Shown here: piece by piece, positions 44,680 to 52,363 of the stretch
Numbering within the stretch: position 1 is the stretch's first letter
How the letters are laid out: each line of letters starts with the position of its first letter
Assembly: GCA_036743175.1 (NCBI GenBank)
Contig: DAINQB010000010.1
Span: 1-52,363 of the forward strand
Origin: Bacillota bacterium
GTDB lineage: Bacteria > Bacillota > Clostridia > DUPQ01
Direction of reading: 5' to 3'
DNA: 52,363 bases
Program-made: the position numbers and the translations under genes
The notes under the pieces: generated by a model
Seen by the model: the letters and a program-made list of their open reading frames with translations, nothing else
Told to the model about the DNA's origin: nothing
Databases searched by the model: none

Positions 44680-45155
44680 TGAATGTCGTTCTGGTTGAAC
44701 CGGAAATACCACAGAATACGGGTAATATTGCCAGGACCTGTGCCGGTCTTGGAGCAACCCTCCATCTTGTCAGACCCCTGGGGTTTTCTACTTCAGACAG
44801 ATATTTGAAGAGAGCCGGACTTGATTACTGGAAGTTCGTGGATATCATATATTATGATTCACTTGATGAATTTTTATTGATGAACAAGCAAGGTAATCTT
44901 TATTTCTGCACAACAAAGGCTAAGAGGACATATACTGAAATTATATATGAACCCGGTTCATTCTTTGTATTTGGAAAAGAAACCAAGGGCCTTGATGAAA
45001 AGCTGCTTGAAGCCAATTACGAAAGATGCATAAGAATACCGATGAATAACAATATCAGGTCACTGAATCTGTCAAACTCAGTGGCAGTGGTTCTATATGA
45101 AGCATACAGACAGAATGGATTCACCGGTCTGGAAACCAAAGGAGCATTGAAATGA
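44679..45155 (+). CDS. trmL: tRNA (cytidine/uridine-34 2'-O)-methyltransferase, SpoU family
   Basis: VLVEPEIPQNTGNIARTC, LKRAGLDYW, FGKETKGL, RSLNLSNS. Confidence 0.95.
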   Translation: MNVVLVEPEIPQNTGNIARTCAGLGATLHLVRPLGFSTSDRYLKRAGLDYWKFVDIIYYDSLDEFLLMNKQGNLYFCTTKAKRTYTEIIYEPGSFFVFGKETKGLDEKLLEANYERCIRIPMNNNIRSLNLSNSVAVVLYEAYRQNGFTGLETKGALK

Positions 45156-46255
45156 AAAAATCTATCGTTGAAGAGTTCATGGACCTTGTCAGAATCGACA
45201 ATGAAAGCCTTGATGAACGCCTTATGGCGGATTTCATAATGGATAGGCTGCGTGGGATCGGCTATGAGCCATATGAAGATGATGCCGGCGAAAAAGCTGG
45301 CGGAACGGCAGGAAATGTTATCTGTCTGCTTGAAGGTGAACCGGAACTGGATTCTGTCATGTTCCTGGCACATATGGATTCCGTTTATCCATGCAAAGGA
45401 AAGGTACCCATTATAAAGGATGGATATATCGTAAGTGAAGGGGATACTGTACTGGGCTCCGATGACCTTTCGGGTGTTGCGGCAATGCTTAATCTTGCAC
45501 AGAACATAAAGGAAGGTGGGAACAGGCACGGAGATATCTGGCTTGTATTTACAATTGCGGAGGAAATTGGCCTCGTCGGAGCAAGGCATCTGGATACTGA
45601 AGGAATCAAGGCTGATTATGCATATGTATTGGATTCAGGGGGGGACATAGGAAAGGGTACGGTCAGTGCACCTTCACATAACACATTTTCAGCGGTTATT
45701 ACAGGCAGGGCCGCCCATGCGGGAATGGAGCCGGAAAAGGGAATCAATGCAATAAATGTCGCAGCCGATGCAATCACAAATATGACTCTCGGAAGAATTG
45801 ACCATGAAACCACCGCGAACATCGGATCCATTGAAGGTGGAAGATCACTTAATATTGTATGTGAAAAAGTTACAGTAAAGGGTGAGGTAAGAAGCCGCGA
45901 CCTTGGAAAGCTTGAAAAGTATTCGGGAATAATAATCGACTCCTTCAACACAGCTGCAAAAAAGGCAGGTGCAACGGTGGAAATCAACATGGAAAGGGAA
46001 TACAATTCGTTCAGGGTTTCGGAAGACCAGCCGGTACTTTCAAGATATAAAAGTGTCCTGAGGGCAATGGATGTTGAGTTTATTCCGGAACACAGCGGAG
46101 GCGGCAGTGATACAAACATAATATTCAACAAGGGTATCCAGGCACTGACAATAAGCTGCGGAATGGAGCAGGTTCATCAGACAACCGAAAGAATTTCAAT
46201 CAGCGTCCTTGAGAAATTACCTGAACTTATGATGAAGCTGGCGTGCAGCAGATAA
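45152..46255 (+). CDS. M20/M28 peptidase (peptidase T-like, YqjE type)
   Basis: AHMDSV, LGSDDLSG, TIAEEIGL, AHAGMEPEKGINAI, GGGSDTN, HQTTE. Confidence 0.9.
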   Translation: MKKSIVEEFMDLVRIDNESLDERLMADFIMDRLRGIGYEPYEDDAGEKAGGTAGNVICLLEGEPELDSVMFLAHMDSVYPCKGKVPIIKDGYIVSEGDTVLGSDDLSGVAAMLNLAQNIKEGGNRHGDIWLVFTIAEEIGLVGARHLDTEGIKADYAYVLDSGGDIGKGTVSAPSHNTFSAVITGRAAHAGMEPEKGINAINVAADAITNMTLGRIDHETTANIGSIEGGRSLNIVCEKVTVKGEVRSRDLGKLEKYSGIIIDSFNTAAKKAGATVEINMEREYNSFRVSEDQPVLSRYKSVLRAMDVEFIPEHSGGGSDTNIIFNKGIQALTISCGMEQVHQTTERISISVLEKLPELMMKLACSR

Positions 46256-46319
46256 ACATTGACAAAAATTTAACGAAAAAATGATATAATCTGTTGATTA
46301 TAAATGCAATCTAATGTAA

Positions 46320-47381
<1,062 letters not shown>

Positions 47382-47387
47382 TCAATC

Positions 47388-47412
47388 AAAGGCCCGGAAA
47401 CGGGCCTTTTGT
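47388..47412 (+). terminator. Terminator after gap
   Basis: AAAGGCCCG-GAAA-CGGGCCTTT followed by T-rich tract. Confidence 0.85.
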
Positions 47413-47493
47413 TTGGACAGGCTTTGATTTGGATAAAATAAAGGTGGATTATCAAACAAGGGTTATATAAGTTAATTAAGGGGTGCATGAGTT

Positions 47494-49440
47494 ATGTCGA
47501 TGTTGAATAAAAGAACCATAGAGGATATAGAAGTTGAAGGCAAAAGGGTCATTGTCAGGGTGGATTTCAATGTGCCATTGGATGATGAAGGTAAAATAAC
47601 TGATGACAAGCGAATCAGAGGTGCACTTCCTACCATAAAATACCTGATTGACCATGGGGCAAGGACAATCCTTGTTTCACATCTTGGAAGACCGAAGGAA
47701 GGTTTTGAACCGGAATTCAGCCTGAAGCCAACGGCAGAGAGACTTTCAAAGCTTCTAGGCCAGGAAGTCATAATGTCAAAGGATGTCATTGGTGAGGATT
47801 CCTTTGAAAAGGCCGGAAAACTTAAGAACGGCCAGGTCATGCTCCTTGAGAATGTCAGATATCACAAGGAAGAAACAAAGAATGACCCTGAATTTGCAAA
47901 AAAACTTGCTTCCATGGCGGACATTTTCGTCAATGATGCCTTCGGTACTGCGCACAGGGCACATGCTTCCACTGCGGGACTGGCAGATTATCTGCCCGCA
48001 GTATGCGGATTCCTTATTCAAAAGGAAATTGAAGTAATGGGTAAGGCTCTTAAAAAACCAGACAGGCCTTTTGTTGCCATATTGGGCGGAGCAAAGGTAT
48101 CCGACAAGATTGCCGTAATAGAGAATCTCATAGACAAGGTTGATACCCTTATTATAGGCGGAGGAATGGCCTATACATTCCTCAAGGCCAAGGGATATAA
48201 AATAGGAAGTTCCCTGTGTGAGGAAGACAAGATCCAGCTTGCAAAAGACCTGATGAAGAAAGCTGAAAAAGCAGGCGTTGAAATAATGCTTCCCATCGGC
48301 AGCATAGTAATCAAGGAATTCAAGAATGACACTGAGTTCAAATATGTACCTTCGGATGCAATGCCTGACGGATGGATGGGAGTGGACATTGGTTCCCAGA
48401 CAATTGAATGGTATTCAAAGGCAATAATGAAGGCAAGGACAATCATCTGGAACGGACCAATGGGTGTATTTGAGTTCCCGAACTTTGCAAAAGGTACAGA
48501 AGAAATTGCGAAGGCTGTATCAAAGGCTGATGCAGTATCAATAATCGGTGGAGGTGACAGTGCGGCTGCAATTGAGTTGCTTGGATATGCAGACAAGGTT
48601 ACACATATATCAACCGGAGGCGGTGCAGCCCTTGAGTTCCTCGAAGGAAAGATTCTGCCCGGTATAGATGTTCTTATGGACAAGATACCAAAGAGAAAAG
48701 TCATTGCAGGAAACTGGAAAATGAACAAAACTCCGTCGGAAACGGGAGATTTCATAAAGGAACTTGCCAAAAAGGTTTCAGATGTCAAGGATATAGTCAT
48801 ATGTGCAGTTCCTCATGTAGCCATACCTGAAGCCCTTAAGGCTGCAGCAGGCACAAACTTAGAGATAGCTGCGCAGAACATGCACTGGATGGAAGCTGGC
48901 GCATATACCGGAGAGGTATCGCCTGTAATGCTTGTTGACATGGGAGTCCGTTACGTAATTATTGGGCATTCCGAAAGAAGGGAATACTTCGGTGAGAGCA
49001 GTCATACAGTAAACAAGAAGGTTCATGCCGCGCTTAAGTATGGCATGGTGCCTATAGTATGCGTAGGGGAATCCCTTGACCAGAGGGAACTCGGAGTTAC
49101 TGAAGAAAGAATCAAATTCCAGATCAAGGTTGCCCTGAATGGTCTTACGGAAGAACAGGTCAAGAAAATAATAATTGCCTATGAACCAATATGGGCAATC
49201 GGCACCGGAAGAACTGCGACAAGTGAACAGGCTGATGAAGTCTGCGGAATAATCAGGAATATGGTGGAGAAACTCTTCTCCAGGGAAGCCGCAAGGGAAA
49301 TTGTCATACAGTACGGAGGAAGTGTCAAACCTACCAATGCTGAAGAACTTTTCAATATGCCCAACATTGACGGTGGTCTCGTAGGAGGAGCCAGTCTCAG
49401 TATAAAGGACTTTGAACAGATAATCCGTTACGATGGATAG
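47494..49440 (+). CDS. pgk-tpiA: Fused phosphoglycerate kinase / triosephosphate isomerase
   Basis: PGK: [28 protein letters not shown]. Continues in frame into TPI: [35 protein letters not shown]. Confidence 0.95.
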   Translation: MSMLNKRTIEDIEVEGKRVIVRVDFNVPLDDEGKITDDKRIRGALPTIKYLIDHGARTILVSHLGRPKEGFEPEFSLKPTAERLSKLLGQEVIMSKDVIGEDSFEKAGKLKNGQVMLLENVRYHKEETKNDPEFAKKLASMADIFVNDAFGTAHRAHASTAGLADYLPAVCGFLIQKEIEVMGKALKKPDRPFVAILGGAKVSDKIAVIENLIDKVDTLIIGGGMAYTFLKAKGYKIGSSLCEEDKIQLAKDLMKKAEKAGVEIMLPIGSIVIKEFKNDTEFKYVPSDAMPDGWMGVDIGSQTIEWYSKAIMKARTIIWNGPMGVFEFPNFAKGTEEIAKAVSKADAVSIIGGGDSAAAIELLGYADKVTHISTGGGAALEFLEGKILPGIDVLMDKIPKRKVIAGNWKMNKTPSETGDFIKELAKKVSDVKDIVICAVPHVAIPEALKAAAGTNLEIAAQNMHWMEAGAYTGEVSPVMLVDMGVRYVIIGHSERREYFGESSHTVNKKVHAALKYGMVPIVCVGESLDQRELGVTEERIKFQIKVALNGLTEEQVKKIIIAYEPIWAIGTGRTATSEQADEVCGIIRNMVEKLFSREAAREIVIQYGGSVKPTNAEELFNMPNIDGGLVGGASLSIKDFEQIIRYDG

Positions 49441-49452
49441 ACGGGAACAGAT

Positions 49453-50988
49453 ATGAATAAAAAAACACTGGCATTGATAATCCTTGATGGCTATGGATTG
49501 AATCCAAAATCCCTGGGAAATGCCGTATATATGGCTGATACTCCAAACCTTGACAGGTATTATTCAGAGTATCCGAATGCGAGGCTTTCTGCCTCCGGAA
49601 TGGATGTGGGGCTTCCTGAAGGACAGATGGGCAACTCGGAGGTCGGACACACCAACATCGGAGCCGGAAGAGTTGTTTACCAGGACCTGACAAGAATAAC
49701 AAAATCCATAATGGATGGTGATTTCTTTGAAAACAAGGCGTTCCTTGATGCCATTGATAACTGCATTGAAAACAAAACAGCTCTGCATCTGATGGGATTG
49801 CTTTCCGACGGAGGAGTACACAGCCATAATACACATCTCTATGCTTTGCTTGACCTTGCAAAATCAAAGGGGCTGAAGGAAGTTTATATCCACTGTTTCT
49901 TTGACGGCAGGGACGTACCGCCTGACAGCTCAATAGACTATATAAGGCAGCTTGAAGCAAAGATCAGGGAAAAGGGCATAGGAAAAATTGCCACCATAAT
50001 GGGCAGGTTCTATGCCATGGACAGGGACACCATGTGGGAGCGTGTTGAACTGGCTTACAATGCAATGGTGCTGGGAACAGGTAACACTGCGGATTCTGCA
50101 GAAGAAGGTGTCCTTGCTTCCTATGAAAAGAAGGTTTTCGATGAATTTGTAAGACCATGTGTGATTCTTGAAAACGGAAAACCAACTGCAGTGATTAAGG
50201 AAAATGATTCAATTATCTTCTATAACTTCAGACCGGACAGGGCAAGGGAAATCACCCGGGCATTCATCAAGAAGGACTTCAGGGAATTCGAAAGGAAAAA
50301 TGGTTTCTTCCCGGTCCATTATGTCTGTATGTCTCAGTATGATGAGACATTCCATGAGGCTCCTGTAGCATATGACTCGGAGGAACTTGTAAATACATTC
50401 GGTGAATATATTTCAGACAAGGGGCTCACACAGCTCAGGATTGCAGAAACCACAAAATATGCACATGTAACATTTTTCTTCAACGGCGGAGTTGAGAACG
50501 TATTTGCAAATGAAGACCGGGTTCTTATAAAGACGCCGGAAGTTGAAACCTTTGACCTAAAACCAGAAATGAGTGCCTATGAAGTAGCCGATGAAGCTGT
50601 CAGAAGAGTAAAGTCAGGGAAATATGATGTAATGATCCTGAATTTTGCAAACTGTGACATGGTAGGTCACACTGGTGTAATACCGGCGGCTGTGAAAGCC
50701 GTCGAGGCAGTGGATGAATGTCTTGGCAGGGTAATAGACGCTGTTATTGAAATGGGCGGCAAGGCGTTGGTAACAGCCGACCACGGCAACGCAGAGGAAA
50801 TGCTTACTGAAGATGGCAAGGTCATAACAGCCCATTCAACCAACCCTGTTCCCATCATAGCAATCGGCCTTGGGAACATCAGGGTCAGGGAGGGGATACT
50901 TGCGGACCTGGCGCCTACTATGCTGGACATATTGGAATTGGAAAAACCCGAAAGCATGACAGGAAACAGCCTGATTGTAAAAGGGTAG
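49453..50988 (+). CDS. gpmI: 2,3-bisphosphoglycerate-independent phosphoglycerate mutase
   Basis: LIILDGYG, GQMGNSEVGH, GRFYAMDRD, NFRPDRAR, NCDMVGHTG, TADHGNAE. Confidence 0.97.
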   Translation: MNKKTLALIILDGYGLNPKSLGNAVYMADTPNLDRYYSEYPNARLSASGMDVGLPEGQMGNSEVGHTNIGAGRVVYQDLTRITKSIMDGDFFENKAFLDAIDNCIENKTALHLMGLLSDGGVHSHNTHLYALLDLAKSKGLKEVYIHCFFDGRDVPPDSSIDYIRQLEAKIREKGIGKIATIMGRFYAMDRDTMWERVELAYNAMVLGTGNTADSAEEGVLASYEKKVFDEFVRPCVILENGKPTAVIKENDSIIFYNFRPDRAREITRAFIKKDFREFERKNGFFPVHYVCMSQYDETFHEAPVAYDSEELVNTFGEYISDKGLTQLRIAETTKYAHVTFFFNGGVENVFANEDRVLIKTPEVETFDLKPEMSAYEVADEAVRRVKSGKYDVMILNFANCDMVGHTGVIPAAVKAVEAVDECLGRVIDAVIEMGGKALVTADHGNAEEMLTEDGKVITAHSTNPVPIIAIGLGNIRVREGILADLAPTMLDILELEKPESMTGNSLIVKG

Positions 50989-51015
50989 TATAAAAAAATA
51001 AATCCGGAGGATTAA

Positions 51016-52332
<1,317 letters not shown>

Positions 52333-52339
52333 GTATATT

Positions 52340-52362
52340 CCCGTTGCCCCCATGGGCAACGG
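52340..52362 (+). terminator. Hairpin after eno (U-tract would fall beyond the window)
   Basis: CCCGTTGCCC-CAT-GGGCAACGGG perfect 10-bp stem. Confidence 0.65.
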
Positions 52363-52363
52363 G

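Overview
Chromosomal window from a Clostridia-like Firmicute, inferred from the T-box, c-di-GMP-I riboswitches, class B sortase, type-2 IleRS and two-OB-fold SSB. All convincing protein genes are on the + strand; only tRNA-Pro is on the - strand. Most of it is housekeeping: ileS with T-box, a shikimate/Phe operon (aroF-aroB-aroA-aroC-pheA-aroE-aroK), ackA, the rimP-nusA-infB-rbfA-truB-ribF cluster, lgt, ssb, pgi, HU, an Fe-S hydro-lyase pair with icd, trmL, and gap-pgk/tpi(fused)-gpmI-eno. No integrase, transposase or CRISPR array is visible. The most notable signals are RNA-based or accessory. (1) The first 4.4 kb holds a c-di-GMP module: a riboswitch-led, probably thioester-forming surface adhesin with an NPQTG sorting signal, its class B sortase, then a separately promoted ~450-nt transcript with two tandem c-di-GMP-I aptamers, structured hairpins and a terminator but no credible ORF (candidate c-di-GMP sponge or ligand-gated sRNA). 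(2) The aro operon has an unannotated Phe/Tyr-rich leader peptide (…QFYFFFF…) with a textbook antiterminator/terminator, i.e. ribosome-mediated attenuation rather than the T-box usual in Firmicutes. (3) A translationally coupled cytoplasmic Asp-box propeller + DHDPS-family aldolase + GH78 rhamnosidase cassette may process a Rha-ulosonate linkage. All calls were made by eye from sequence and motifs; no database search was run.
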